Of a stretch of DNA of 64,000 nucleotides, positions 17,197-28,492 are shown piece by piece (position 1 is the first letter of the stretch; each line of letters opens with the position of its first letter). Origin of the DNA: an uncultured Chloroflexia bacterium (GTDB lineage: Bacteria; Chloroflexota; Limnocylindria; Limnocylindrales; CSP1-4); contig CAVQRP010000022.1 of the NCBI GenBank assembly GCA_963715295.1, forward strand, positions 24 through 64,023, read 5' to 3'. The translations under genes and the position numbers were made by a program. The notes under the pieces are model-generated. The model did no database searches and was not told the origin of the DNA. It saw only the letters and a program-made list of their open reading frames with translations.

Positions 17197-18415
17197 ATGA
17201 CTCTAGCTACTGAACGAGCCAACCCTGTCCCGGCCATCGTCAAGATGTGCAGGCCTTCGCTCCTCGGTCTGGCGACGGTCGTCGCTCTGTCGCTGGCCTC
17301 CACCACGCAGGCCGGCCAAACGGCGCGTGCTGCGACAGACCTGGACGCCCTCGCCATCGACATGGTCCCGGTGGCTGACGGCTTCGAGGACCCGGTCTTC
17401 GTGACATCCGCCCCGGGTGAGGCAGGAACGCTGTACGTCGTCGAACAGCCGGGCCGGGTCCGCGTCCTCGGCCCCGATGGGGCCGTCGCCGATGAGCTCT
17501 TCCTCGACCTGACCGGGGGCGTGACCGCCGGGGGCGAGAGGGGCCTGCTCGGCCTGGCCTTCCATCCCGAGTACGACGACCAACGGCCGCCTCTACGTCA
17601 ACTACACCCGCGCCGGCGATGGCGCCACGGTCGTCAGCGAGTTCACCGCGTCCGACGGCGCCGTCGATCCTGCCAGCGAGCGCCAGCTGCTCGTCATCGA
17701 GCAGCCCTACGCCAACCACAACGGCGGCATGATCGCGTTCGACGCCACGGGCATGCTCCTGATCGGGACCGGCGACGGCGGCAGCGGGGGTGACCCGCTC
17801 GGCGCCGCACAGGATCCGACCACGCTGCTGGGCAAGCTGCTCCGGATCGACGTCGACGCCGCTGACCCGTATGGCATCCCGGCGGACAACGGCTATATCG
17901 AGAGTGTTGCGCACCGCCCGGAGATCCATGCCACCGGCCTGCGCAACCCGTGGCGCTTCAGCGTGGACCCAGAGGGCGGTCACATCTACATCGGCGACGT
18001 CGGACAGGGCGCGTGGGAAGAGGTCAGCGTCCTTCCCGATGGTGCTGGAGGCGTCAACTTCGGATGGAACGCCGTCGAGGGGCCCGAGTGCTACCTCGAC
18101 GACTGCGACCTCGTCGCCTACACGTCGCCGGCCCTGAGCTACGGTCACGACGAAGGCTGCAGCATCGTCGGTGGCTACACCTACCGCGGAGCAGAGCAGC
18201 CTGCCCTCGACGGCATCTATCTCTTCGGCGACTACTGCACCGGAACGATCTGGGCGGCGACCGCTTCCGAGATGCTGACGGGTGAGGCGCGCGCCGTCCC
18301 GGTCCACGACTTCGATGGCCGGCTGGTGTCATTCGGCGCCGACGAGGCCGGCGAGATCTACGCGGTCGACCAGCGCGGACGCATCCTGCAGGTGGTCGCC
18401 AGGGAGACTTCCTGA
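17197..18415 (+). CDS. PQQ-dependent sugar (glucose/sorbosone) dehydrogenase family protein, secreted; one frame switch near 17583
   Basis: ORF 17197..17793 (signal peptide, GLLGLAFHPEYDD) joins ORF 17729..18415 (NHNGGMIAFD, GTGDGGSGGDP, GLRNPWRFS, GWNAVEG). Confidence 0.85.
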
Positions 18416-18437
18416 CAGGCCACAGCGGTGACCGTGG

Positions 18438-19133
18438 GTGCCCAAGGCCCATCGTCGCGTGCGCCTTGACATGATCGCCACGCCCATGGAGGAGCCGGTC
18501 GCTTCGCCGTGGCAGGCTCGCGCCCTCGCTGATCTGATCGCCGAGATCCAGGCGGCTACCACGCCCACAGCCGGCCGACCGCTCGTCCTCGCCATCGATG
18601 GCAGATCGGCGAGCGGCAAGAGCACGATCGCCGCACGCCTGGCAGGCGTCGTCCCGGGTGCCGTCGTCGTCCACGGCGATGACGTGGCTTGGTGGGAATC
18701 CTTCTTCGGCTGGGACCACCTCATGCGTGCCGGCGTCCTGGAGCCGTTGCATCGCGGCGAGGCCGTCGACTATCGGCCACCGGCCTGGGACGTCCGCAAG
18801 CGCACCGGCGCCATCGAAGTGCCGTCGGCTGCTCCGCTCGTGCTCGTGGAGGGCGTTGGTGTCAGTCGCCGCTCGCTCACACCCCTGCTCGATGGTGCTC
18901 TCTGGGTGCAGTCGGACATGCACCAGGCGCGTCGCCGTGGCATCGAGCGCGATGGCGGCACGCAAGCCGACATCGTGTTCTGGGATGAGTGGGACCGGGA
19001 AGAGCTGACGTTCCTGGCCGCCGATCGCCCATGGGAGCGAGCGCTCGCGGTCATTTGCGGCACGCCCGACCTGACCGGAGTGATGCTCGACCAGGACAGC
19101 CAGGTCCTGGTCGGCGGACCCCTTCGGCCCTGA
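18438..19133 (+). CDS. P-loop NTPase, uridine-kinase-like fold (start may be ATG 18471)
   Basis: Intact ORF. Walker A IDGRSASGKSTIAARL, then VVVHGDD and LVLVEGVG. Confidence 0.7.
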   Translation: MPKAHRRVRLDMIATPMEEPVASPWQARALADLIAEIQAATTPTAGRPLVLAIDGRSASGKSTIAARLAGVVPGAVVVHGDDVAWWESFFGWDHLMRAGVLEPLHRGEAVDYRPPAWDVRKRTGAIEVPSAAPLVLVEGVGVSRRSLTPLLDGALWVQSDMHQARRRGIERDGGTQADIVFWDEWDREELTFLAADRPWERALAVICGTPDLTGVMLDQDSQVLVGGPLRP

Positions 19134-19294
19134 CGTGCCGCTCGCGACAAGGTCGCCGCTCACCGACCAGTCGGTGAGGAAGTCGATGCCCTCGGTCGTC
19201 CACGTCTTCATGCCGCTCCGGCCCATCATCTCCTTGCCCAGGGCGACGGCGCAGGACGGCGCGGCCTCGACCGCGAATGCGCCGCTCGGGGAAG

Positions 19295-20562
19295 CTACGG
19301 GCCGGGATCGACCTCGAAGGCGACGAGCGCTTGCGTGGCCGGGCGCTGGCTGCCCATCAGAGGGCTTGTTGGCGACGACGAACTTGCCGCTGTGGAGCAT
19401 GCGGCGGGCCATGACGGTGGAACCGCCACCGTCGAGATTGAAGGCGTCGGTGGCACCCAGCGACAGCATCAGCCGTCCCATCTCGGCGAGCGTCACGCCG
19501 GCGCTCGTGCTGCGCCGACCGTCGACGGTGATCATCAGCACTCGGCCGTCCTCGGTCACGCCAACGCCGGTGCGCGGGTGCCGCTGGACGCCGGCCGGAT
19601 AGACAGCCTTCGATGGCGCCGCGACCTTACCCGCGCGTGCCGTGAACTGGTTGCCGCCGACGGCTTCGCTGACCTCGGACCAGCCCGTGGCCGCCGCGAT
19701 GATGCCGCCGCAGCGATTGTCGGCCTTGCGCACGACCTGCGTCTGCAGCTCGAAGCGCTGGCCGACACGCAGGTCATGGACCCAGCCCGCCTTGGGGTTG
19801 TTGACCGACAGCACGGCCTGGCCCGCGCGCAGCTGCGTGTCACCGGCACCCCGTCGGACCTTCAGCACCTTGACCATCTGGCTGCCGTTGGGCCGCAGCA
19901 GGTCCTCGAGCTGGAGCACCACCTCGCAGCCCGCCCTTCGTGCGCGTGCTGGAGGCGAAGCGCTTGGTGAAGAGCACGGTCTTGCCGTCGTCACGATGGG
20001 TGTTGACGCGATGGATCTGCTTGGGCAGCGAGCGACCCGGCGGGATGGCCGTCACGTGCACGCGAACGTCGCCGATGCGAGCGTCGCCGTCGGGGTCGAT
20101 GCCCAGGGTCGGCCGGGTGCACGCCTGCGCGAGCAGCAGCTCGCCGTTGGAGACGGCCATCGATTGCGGAGCGGCGTAGGCATCCACACGATCGCGAGTC
20201 GACATGTCCCCGTTGGTGGCGACCATGGCCAAGCGTGTCGGGACGCTCTTGCGGATGGCCATGCTGGTCACGACCTCGCGCCGTACCACCTTGTCGTTGG
20301 AGAGCACCGACTTCAGGCGAACGTCGCTTCGACCCGGCTCGACGGTGGCGACGCGCACGGATTGCGGGCGATCGCCGGTGGTGCGCATGGTGCCCACCGC
20401 GAAGTCGATCCCCGGTGCGAGCGCGACGGTGCTGCGCGGCTCGAACGGCTGCGTGATACCGGCGTGGGCGGCCGGGGTCATCGACGCAGCGAGCAGGACC
20501 GTCGAAAGCAGGGCCAGCGCGAGACGGCCGGTTCGACGGCGAAAGTGTGGCGACGTAAGCAT
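19295..20562 (-). CDS. secreted phosphodiester glycosidase family protein; 2 frame switches
   Basis: Signal peptide MLTSPHFRRRTGRLALALLSTVLLAASMTPAAHA (ORF 19840..20613). The catalytic-type region in ORF 18054..19994 reads RTGVGVTEDGRVLMITVDGRR...AFNLDGGGSTVM. The tail in a third frame ends QRPATQALVAFEVDPGP*. Confidence 0.75.
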
Positions 20563-20662
20563 GCGCTCAGCATGCCGCACCAGACGTGGCCTCCACATGG
20601 CCCGGAAGTCCAAGGCTGCAGCGCGCCAGAGGGTCGTGCGGGCTACGCGCCTGCAGTCAGAC

Positions 20663-20935
20663 TCAGCGCCCCGGCGGGACGGAGCCGCCCTGTGCGCGCT
20701 GGATCTTGTTGGCTTCGGTCGCCGCCACGATGGACGCCGCCACGGAGCGATCGACGATCTGGACGCGCTCAGCGTCGAAGGTGTGGATGCCGCCGTCGGT
20801 GGTCACGCACACGATCTGGGTGATGGTGCCGGTCGTATCGGACCAGCTGCTGACGAAACCGATGACGCTGACCGGATAGCCGTTGGGATCGGCTCCGCCG
20901 GGATGATAGATGGCGGCCAATGGGTTCATGCGCAC
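20663..20935 (-). CDS. hypothetical small protein (about 88 aa)
   Basis: Intact ORF with non-shadow composition: MNPLAAIYHPGGADPNGYPVSVIGFVSSWSDTTGTITQIVCVTTDGGIHTFDAERVQIVD. Confidence 0.55.
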   Translation of the reverse strand: MRMNPLAAIYHPGGADPNGYPVSVIGFVSSWSDTTGTITQIVCVTTDGGIHTFDAERVQIVDRSVAASIVAATEANKIQRAQGGSVPPGR

Positions 20936-20975
20936 GCTCCTGCAGACGTTGGGCTGTCCTCTCCAAGGCTAGCGC

Positions 20976-21323
20976 GTGAGCGGCTCTCGGACGCGGATAA
21001 GGGAACGGATAAGGGGCCGCCCGATGACGCGCGCCAGCCTTAGTCCGAGTCTGAGGTCCATCAGCACTGCATCGGAGCAGAACATGGACAGCCTCACCAG
21101 CTTCAGGCCCATCGACGACGAACCCACAGAAGACCCGCGCCTCACCACGCGGCGCGGTGTCATCGAGCGCTTGGCCGACCCCTACCTCACCGACCACGAC
21201 CGCTGGGTGCTGGGCCAGTTCGCCCGCTTCCTCGAAGGACAGGCACCCGACCCCGACCCTCGGGTCGTGCCGGCACGAGCCACGCGGCCCTTGTACTCGC
21301 GGGCCCGACGGGTCAACCTGTAG
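20976..21323 (+). CDS. hypothetical protein (start uncertain, possibly ATG 21084)
   Basis: ORF-track 115 aa. The distal part reads MDSLTSFRPIDDEPTEDPRLTTRRGVIERLADPYLTDHDRWVLGQFARFLEG. It ends 21 nt before the MFS gene. Confidence 0.4.
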   Translation: MSGSRTRIRERIRGRPMTRASLSPSLRSISTASEQNMDSLTSFRPIDDEPTEDPRLTTRRGVIERLADPYLTDHDRWVLGQFARFLEGQAPDPDPRVVPARATRPLYSRARRVNL

Positions 21324-21344
21324 CCACCTTGGGGAGAGGGAGAC

Positions 21345-22714
21345 ATGGCAGTGACCGCTGACGCCGTGACGGCTCGTCCGACCGCGATGCTGCCCTCGCG
21401 GCAGCTGGGCCTCATCTCGGTCTACTGGTTCGGCATCAACGCCGTCTGGGGTGCCTACGAGGGCTTCGGCCAGAAGCAGATCGAGCTCATCGTGGGCAAG
21501 GGGTCGGTCGGCAGCGTCATGGGCCCGCTCGAGCTCCTCGGCGGACTGGTGGCCATCCTGACCGTCCCCACCATCGGTGCCGTCAGCGACTACACCACGT
21601 CCCGCTTCGGCAAGCGCAAGGGCTACATCATCACCGGCGCAGGACTTCGACCTCCTCTTCATCCGTGGGCCTGTCGCTCATCGCCATGGCCCAGCCGGCC
21701 GACTGGGACGGCGAGGCGCTCGGGTCGACGGGCGTGCTCGTCCTCTACGGCCTGCTCTTCCTGGGTCTGCAGTTCAGCTCCAACTTCGCCCAGGGCCCTA
21801 CCAGGGCTTCGTGCCCGACCTCGTCGCCGAGCGCCAGGTCGGTGTGGCCAGCGGACTCGTCGGCGTCATGCGCACGACCGGCCTGGTCGGTGGCTTCGCC
21901 ATCATGGCCGTGGGCGCCCGCTTCGAGCTGTGGGGCCTGGCCTTCGTCATCGTCGGCCTCGTCGAGTTCAGCCTCGCCGCGCTGACCTTCATCTTCGTCG
22001 ACGACGGCCCACAGGGCATGCCCCGTGGGGGCCGGTCGTGGCGTTCCATCGTCGCTCGAGACCTGGGACCCGGGCATCCTGCGCGAGCGCTCCTTCGTGC
22101 GCATGACGCTGGTGCGCCTGTTCTTCCTCATGGGCACCGGCACGTTCATCAACATCAGCCTGCTCTACATCGAGCGCGTCTTCTCGGTCACCGACGCCGA
22201 CGAGCGTTCGCTCCTGTGGATGGCGGCGCTCGGGATGGGACTGGCGGGCACCGTGCTCACGGCCATCCCCGCCGCCCGCATCTCCGACCGCACCGGTCGC
22301 AAGCCGGTCGTCTGGGCGGCAGCTGCCATCGCGACCCTGGGCATCGCCATCCTGGCCGCGGCTCCGACCCCGCCCGTCGCGCTCATCGGTGCCTTCTTCC
22401 TCGGATCCGGCTCGGGCGCCTATATCGCGGTCGACTGGGCTCTCATGACCGACATCATCCCGCTCGCCTCGAGCGGCCGCTACATGGGCATCGCCAACAT
22501 CGCCAACTCCATCTCCGGGCCCGCTCGGGCTGGCCGTCGCCGGTCCGGTGATGGACGCCTTCTACCGCGCCGGTGACGTTCCGACCGGTCCGCGCGTCGC
22601 GGTCGGCGCTCGGCGTCGTCGCGCTCGCCACTGGCCTCGATCATCCTCATCGGGGTGCACCCACGGCGCGACCCGCGCCATCCGGATGCACCCAACCACG
22701 TCGCTGGAGGGTAA
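21345..22714 (+). CDS. MFS transporter; 4 or more frame switches
   Basis: Stitched from ORFs 21345.., 21665..21985, 21577.., 22025..22576 and 22548.. . Hydrophobic 12-TM-like series (LGLISVYWFGINAVWGAY, GLLFLGLQFSSNFAQGPYQGFVPDLV, FFLGSGSGAYIAVDWALMTDIIP). Stop TAA at 22712. Confidence 0.8.
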
Positions 22715-22716
22715 CC

Positions 22717-22896
22717 ATGGACGCGACCATCATTCCGATCCTGCGCCGCGGGGCTGCGGCCGTCGGCTGGCTGCTGTTGGCTATCATCGGATTCTTGGCC
22801 TTCATGGCCGTCGCCTGGGTCCCACCCGAGCTGGCGGCGATGCTGGGGTCCCGCGCGCAGGGGCGCGGCCCGAGACCGACGACCCCTCGAACCTGA
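22717..22896 (+). CDS. small membrane protein (59 aa)
   Basis: GGAGGG RBS precedes the ATG at 22717: MDATIIPILRRGAAAVGWLLLAIIGFLAFMAVAWVPPELAAML. Confidence 0.4.
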   Translation: MDATIIPILRRGAAAVGWLLLAIIGFLAFMAVAWVPPELAAMLGSRAQGRGPRPTTPRT

Positions 22897-22897
22897 C

Positions 22898-23311
22898 CTA
22901 TGACCCCTCGACCGTGTCGAGGGCCGCGGGCCCCCTCTGGCGCGCAATCTGCTTCTCCGCCCCGGCCACGATGACGCCCCAGAAGACGCCGCCCTGCGCG
23001 GCGAGTCCCAGCTGCACCATCAGGCTGGCCTCTGCCATCGTGCCGATGTCGCGCCAGACCGCCGGAAAGACCACGAGCGCGATGAGGCCGGCGACCACCA
23101 CCCAGGGCCGGCTCAGCTCGATGCGGATGGGTCCTCCGCTGCGAGCCATGGCCACCGCGTCAGAGAGCAGCACGCCCAGGACCACGACGAGGTAGAGCAG
23201 CAGCTGTCGCAGCAGCGACATCTCCGTCGCAGCGGCCGGACCGATGGGCGCAGCACCCCCGCTGAGATCGAACCAGGCCAGCAATCCGTCCATCCCGTAC
23301 CTCCTCTGCAC
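22898..23311 (-). CDS. membrane protein (start 23311 or 23293)
   Basis: Intact 137-aa ORF with TM segments LLYLVVVLGVLLSDAVAM, VVVAGLIALVVFPAVW and GVFWGVIVAGA. Confidence 0.6.
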   Translation of the reverse strand: MQRRYGMDGLLAWFDLSGGAAPIGPAAATEMSLLRQLLLYLVVVLGVLLSDAVAMARSGGPIRIELSRPWVVVAGLIALVVFPAVWRDIGTMAEASLMVQLGLAAQGGVFWGVIVAGAEKQIARQRGPAALDTVEGS

Positions 23312-23435
23312 GCAGGTCCATCTCGCCGCAGGGCGGTGCGTCCGGTCAACACGCAGGACTGCGTATCCCGACGCCGTTTGCCCATTCGCACGTGACCGCC
23401 TTGCAGTCGGCCCAACGCCGCGTCACTATCGACCC

Positions 23436-26400
23436 ATGGCGGGTGCGTCCGACGTCAACGTGACCAGCCCGGTGCTGATCGGCCGTGATGCGGAAGCGGC
23501 ACGCATCGACCGGGCATTGGCCGCGGTCGGTGACGGCAACGGGCGAGTCGTCGTCATCAGCGGCGAGGCCGGCATCGGCAAGACCCGGCTCATCGACGAG
23601 GCTCTGGGCCGTGCGTCGGGTGGCGTGCGCAGCCTGCGCGCGGAGTGCCTCGCGCTCGGCTCAGCCATCCCCTACCTGCCCTTCGCGGAGCTGCTGCGTG
23701 ATCTGGTGCGACAGGTGCCGGGCCACACCCTGACGCATATCGTCGGTCCTGCCCGAAACGATCTGGCGCGCTTCCTGCCAGAGGTGGCGGTCGTCGTCGA
23801 CGACACCGGCCCCGCCACCAGGCCCGAGGTCGTCCGTAACGACGAGACGGAGCGGCTGCGTCTCTACGAGTCGTTCCTGCGCGTGGCCGAGCGCATCGCC
23901 GCCGAGCAGCCCACCGCCTTCGTCATCGAGGACGTGCAGTGGATCGACCGCGCCAGCCTCGAGCTGCTGGCTTTCCTGGCGCACGGTCTCGGCAGCGGGG
24001 GCCACTCCGCACTCGTCATCTCGGTCCGTCCGGAGGAGGTCGAGGACAAAGAGCCCGTGCTCAGGCTCCTGGCGGAGCTCGGTCGCGGAGGCAGCGCGGA
24101 ACGGATCGAGCTCCAACCGCTGAGCGCGGAGTCCACTCGCCGTCTCGCCTCGGCCATCCTGGGCCGCCAGCCCAGCGACGCGCTCAGCCAGCGCATCTGG
24201 GTACTCAGCGATGGCAACCCACTCTTCGCCGAGGAGCTGTTGGCGACATGGCAGAGGCGCGGCCCCGCTGAGGCTCTGCCACCGAAGCTGCGCGACCTGC
24301 TCGCGGCGCGCCTGGCGCAGGTGCCCGACGAGGTCCAGGCGGTCCTGCGCGTCGCCGCGGCCGCGGGTCGCGCCGTCGATGACCGCCTGCTCACACGTGC
24401 CAGTGGCCTCGATGAAGGACCGGTCCAGCGTGCTGTGCGACATGCGGTCGAGGACCACATCCTCATCCGCAGTGACGGACCAGGGCGACCCGGCTATCGC
24501 TTCCGTCACGAGATGCTGCGCGCGCTGGTCGCCTCGCAGCTCCTGCCGGAGGAGGCTCGCCACATCCACGCAGCCTACGCGCAGGCCCTCGCCCAGGAGG
24601 CGCCGGAGCATCGCAACGCCACCGAGATCGCGAACCACTGGGACGCCGCCGGAGAGGCTGCGCTGGCGCTGGCAGCGCACGTGGTGGCGGGACGAGCAGC
24701 GGTCGCCATCTTCGCCTTCAGCCAGGCGCATGAACACTACGAACGTGCGCTCGAGCTGTGGAGCGAGGTCGAGGACGCCGAGACCGTCGCTGGGGAGTCG
24801 CACTGGGCGCTGCTGGGCGACGCCGCCTCTGCCGCCGCCCGGGCGGGCGCCTTCGAGCGCGCCATCGAGCTGAGCGCGGCGGATCCTGGCCCAGCCGCGA
24901 CCTGGTGCCTTCGGACGCGTTCGAGCTGGCCCGCTCCAGCCTGCGCTGGTATCTCCGGGAGTCCGGTGACCTGGAGGGTGCGCTGACCGCAGCTGAGGCC
25001 GCGTTGGCCGACCCGCACGGGATGCCCGATCGCTGGCGTGCCAACGCCCTCGGTCACATGGCCGCGCTCCTGCTGTATCTACAGCGGAACGATGAGGCGC
25101 ATGCCGTGGTCCTGGAGGCGCGAGCGGCGGCACGTGCTTGCGGGGCCGTCGAGGAGGAGATCCTTGCCGATGGCGTGCTCGGCTGGTGCCTCCTGCTCGA
25201 CGGGGACGTCGATGCCGGCCTGGCCGCCATCGATCGTACGGTCGTGGCGGCGCGCGAGATCGAGGGCGGTGCGATGGAGGGCCGCTACCCGGTCGGCCCG
25301 GCACTGGCTCACTCACACCTCGCTGTGGCGCTCGAGCTGGTGGGTCGGCTGGAGGAAGCCCACGCCGTTGCCAGCGAGGGCATCGAGGTCGCCGCGCGAC
25401 AGGGCGTGACGCGCACGTTCGGGTCGGTGCTGCAGGCGAGCGCAGTGCGCGCGCTCTACCAGCTCGGACGCTGGGACGAGGCGAGCGCGGCCGCCGAAAG
25501 TGCCCTCGCACTCGGGGCTGTCGGCTCGGGCCGGCTCTCGCTGCTGGCGATGCGCGGGCTGCTGGCGGTGGGCCGTGGCGAGATGGATGAGGCAGAGGTG
25601 GTCCTCGCAGAGGCGGACGCGCTCGTGGAGGCCACGACGCCGCTGGACGTGCAACGGTGGCTCACCGCCGCGATCGCGGAGCTGGCCATCTGGCGGGGCG
25701 AACCGGCTTCGGCTCTCGCGCGCATGGCCTTCCTGGTGACCGACCCCTCGGCAGCTGTCATCGCCGCGCCCGGGACACAGCCGGCCATGCTCGATGCGAG
25801 CATCCCGTATCTGCTCGTGCTCGGCGCACGCGCCTGGGCCGATGTCGCGCTGACCGAGCGAGCCGGGGGTGGTGAGCCTGGGCTGGCCCAGCTAGCGGAG
25901 ACCCAGCTGCGGTCCGCGATGCGCCGAGCCGAGAAACGCCGCGCGCTCGCCGATGCCTGGGCCGGCGACCTGGCGGTCGTCCGAGCCGAGCTCGAGCGCG
26001 GGCGGGGCAGCGATGTGGCGGCGCGTGTGCGTCGCTGGAAGGCCGCCGTGGAGCGCGTGCCCCAGCGACCGTATCTGCAGGCCTATGCGCGCTGGCGGCT
26101 GGCCGAGACGACCCTCGCCCGACGCGAAGGTCGCGGCGGAGCAGCTGAGCTGATCACGGCGGCGCTGGCGACGGCGAGCTCTCTGGGGGCGGAACCGCTG
26201 CGGCAGGAGCTGATCGGACTGGCGCAGCGTGCGCGTCTCGCTGTCGCCCAGGACGGGCAGACGACGAGCGCGGAAGGCAGCGGCCGACCATACGGTCTGA
26301 CCAGCCGCGAGGCCGAGGTGCTGGCGCTGGTCGCGGCCGGCCTCAGCAACCAGGACATCGCCCAGCAGCTCTTCATCAGCCCCAAGACCGCCAGCGTGCA

Positions 26401-26506
26401 CGTCTCCAACATCTACGCCAAGCTCGGTGTCGAGTCGCGCGTGGCCGCCGCAACCGTCGCGCATGAGCTCGGACTGGACGTCCTGCCGGAGGAGCGCGTC
26501 GACTAG
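23436..26506 (+). CDS. large ATP-binding LuxR-family regulator (LAL type: AAA ATPase, TPR-like repeats, LuxR HTH); one frame switch near 24885
   Basis: ATG at 23436. Walker [13 protein letters not shown] is in ORF 23244..24986. The C-terminal HTH in ORF 24758..26506 reads [45 protein letters not shown]. Confidence 0.85.
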
Positions 26507-26516
26507 GCTCTTCTGG

Positions 26517-26933
26517 CTAGGCGCGGGCCAGCAGCTCCCCGATGCGGTGGCTGGCCGCGCCCAGGGCCTGGTCGCGCTCATGCAGGTCGGACGCCGTCAG
26601 CAATCGGTCCACGCTGAGGTCAAGCCTGCGATCACCGACCTCCGCCACGGCCACGCGCAGGTGCACCGAGTCGTACGTGCCCGTGCGCAGCCAGTCGGCC
26701 AGCCTGGTGAGGCTGGCGACGCGGCGGCGGCGGCGCAGACGGCGCAGGCGATAACGATGGTCGGCCCAGGTCTTGGCCCAGCCACCGGTAAAGCCTCCGA
26801 CGACGGCGATGAGAGCGGCCAGCACGGCTTCCACTCCCGGATCCATCCCGAACACACACGCGATTCTGCGGTGCGCGGTGTAGCCGTGACTGTTCCACGG
26901 CCGCTTGTCGGTGTAGCCGGTCAACACACCCAA
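26517..26933 (-). CDS. hypothetical protein with one TM segment (start possibly ATG 26846)
   Basis: ORF-track 138 aa: MDPGVEAVLAALIAVVGGFTGGW, then a basic stretch, then LADWLRTGTYDSVHLRVAVAEVGD. It is the last gene of the BioY operon strand. Confidence 0.5.
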   Translation of the reverse strand: MGVLTGYTDKRPWNSHGYTAHRRIACVFGMDPGVEAVLAALIAVVGGFTGGWAKTWADHRYRLRRLRRRRRVASLTRLADWLRTGTYDSVHLRVAVAEVGDRRLDLSVDRLLTASDLHERDQALGAASHRIGELLARA

Positions 26934-26996
26934 GGGCCATCACCCTCCCCCATCGGTCCCAGCCTACGGGGCACGGCCACGTGGTTGGGCGAGCGC

Positions 26997-27419
26997 TCAG
27001 CCCTCGCCGCGCGGGATGAAGGCAGCGATGACCATGATGGCGCCCAGTGCCACAGCGGCGATGGGCCAGACCTGGCCGAATTCGACATGGATCTCGTCGC
27101 CGAACAGGATCCAGACCCCCACCAGCACCAGCAGAACGCCCACGATGGCGGCTCCGGCGCCACCCCGACCCCGCCGTCGCGCCCCCCTCGCTTGCTGCTG
27201 CGCCTGTGCCGCCTGCTGCTGGGCGTACCAGGCCTGCTGCTGCGCGTACCAGGCCTGCTGTTGGGCGTAGCTCGGGTCGGGTGCCTGCGGGTAGGGGTCG
27301 CCAGCCTGCCCGAAATACGGATCGCTGGGTTGCTGCTGGGGCTGCCCATACGGGTCACCCGCGGGCGCCTGCGGGTAGTAGGGATCCTGGGGCGGCTGAC
27401 CGCCGCGGTACTGGCTCAT
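26997..27419 (-). CDS. Pro/Gln-rich membrane protein with AWYAQQQ repeats and 2 C-terminal TM segments
   Basis: The ATG at 27419 overlaps the upstream stop (ATGA): MSQYRGGQPPQDPYYPQAPAGDPYGQPQQQ...QQQAWYAQQQAWYAQQQAA...AAIVGVLLVLVGVWILFG...WPIAAVALGAIMVIAAF. Confidence 0.7.
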   Translation of the reverse strand: MSQYRGGQPPQDPYYPQAPAGDPYGQPQQQPSDPYFGQAGDPYPQAPDPSYAQQQAWYAQQQAWYAQQQAAQAQQQARGARRRGRGGAGAAIVGVLLVLVGVWILFGDEIHVEFGQVWPIAAVALGAIMVIAAFIPRGEG

Positions 27420-28462
27420 GAGCAGCTCTCCGGACGCTGGAGCGAGAGGGACGAGACGGTGCTGGTGACGGAGATGTCGACGTGCGGGTCCGCGGCGTTG
27501 AAGCCGGGTGTGGTCCAAAGGGCCGAGTTGGCCTCCACCAGCCCACTGTCGGCAAGATCGTCGCCCGAGAGGATGGAGGATGACTCGACGCGGAGCGGTG
27601 CGCCTGCAGGGACACACACGCTCAGCGAGGAGGCATTGAGGGTCGCGTCGATGCCCATATCGGCGTTCGGCAAGAGGAGCTCCACATCGGCCGCGTTGAG
27701 CGTCAGTTCGATGCGGGCCTGCTCGGGCGTGGTGGCGCTGGCCAGGTCGAGCCGGAGGTCGGAGGCGTTGACGGTGCCCGCCACGCTGCTGACGGGCCCG
27801 CTCCCGAGGTCGATGTCAGCCCTGACCGCGTTGAGCGTCGCGTCCAGCGCAAGGCGCGCTGTGGCCGGCACCTGCACGCGCCAGTCGCTCTGCGCCTGCG
27901 AGCCCAGGAACGCAAGCTCGTCGGCACCACCCTGGCTGAGCAGCAGGCTGGCGGTGGCGCCTTGCGAGTCCGGCCCCTCCACCTCGGGCGCATCGTCGCT
28001 CGCGTGAGCAGCCTCAAGGCTCCAGCTGGCATCGAGGGCGCGGGCCACGGTCAGATCGCCACAGGAAAGGCTGATGCCCAGCCGGAAGGTCTCCGCATCG
28101 GCCATCCCATCGCGGCTCGTCGTGGCCGGTCCCGCGTCCTCGCCGGTACAGGCACCGATGGCCACGGCCGGGATGATGCTCTGCAGGTTGGTGATGTCGT
28201 CGTCAGGCACCGCGACCACGGCAGCGCCGAAGATGATGCCGAACGTCGCCGCCACGAGCGCTCCGCCGAACCAGGCGAAGGGCGTCCAGCGCAGGATCAG
28301 TCCCAAGCCGATGCCGACCAGGATGAGCGGCCACAGCTGGCCCAGCTCACCCGCGATGTCTGATCGCAGCCAGCCCTGGTCGACCGCCAGCGGGATACCG
28401 CCGAGGGCCATCAGGAAGACGCCCCAGTTCAGCAGGCTTCGATCGATACGCATCAGGCTCAC
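27416..28462 (-). CDS. LiaF-like / DUF4097-type (toastrack) membrane protein
   Basis: Intact 348-aa ORF. N-terminal TM segments (WGVFLMALGGIPLAV, LWPLILVGIGLGLIL, FGGALVAATFGIIFGAAVVAV) are followed by repetitive beta-strand-like V..A.L.L segments. Confidence 0.7.
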   Translation of the reverse strand: MSLMRIDRSLLNWGVFLMALGGIPLAVDQGWLRSDIAGELGQLWPLILVGIGLGLILRWTPFAWFGGALVAATFGIIFGAAVVAVPDDDITNLQSIIPAVAIGACTGEDAGPATTSRDGMADAETFRLGISLSCGDLTVARALDASWSLEAAHASDDAPEVEGPDSQGATASLLLSQGGADELAFLGSQAQSDWRVQVPATARLALDATLNAVRADIDLGSGPVSSVAGTVNASDLRLDLASATTPEQARIELTLNAADVELLLPNADMGIDATLNASSLSVCVPAGAPLRVESSSILSGDDLADSGLVEANSALWTTPGFNAADPHVDISVTSTVSSLSLQRPESCS

Positions 28463-28492
28463 AGTCTACTGAACCTGGCGCCTGACCCGCGC

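Noticed and set aside
18054-19994. 646-aa ORF as a single gene
   Set aside because: Only about 19340-19990 is real and belongs to the phosphodiester glycosidase. The rest is antisense shadow across the well-supported P-loop kinase-like and PQQ dehydrogenase genes.
23661-25511. 616-aa minus-strand ORF
   Set aside because: Extremely Arg/Pro/Gly-rich antisense shadow of the LAL regulator, which has clear Walker A and LuxR HTH motifs on the plus strand.
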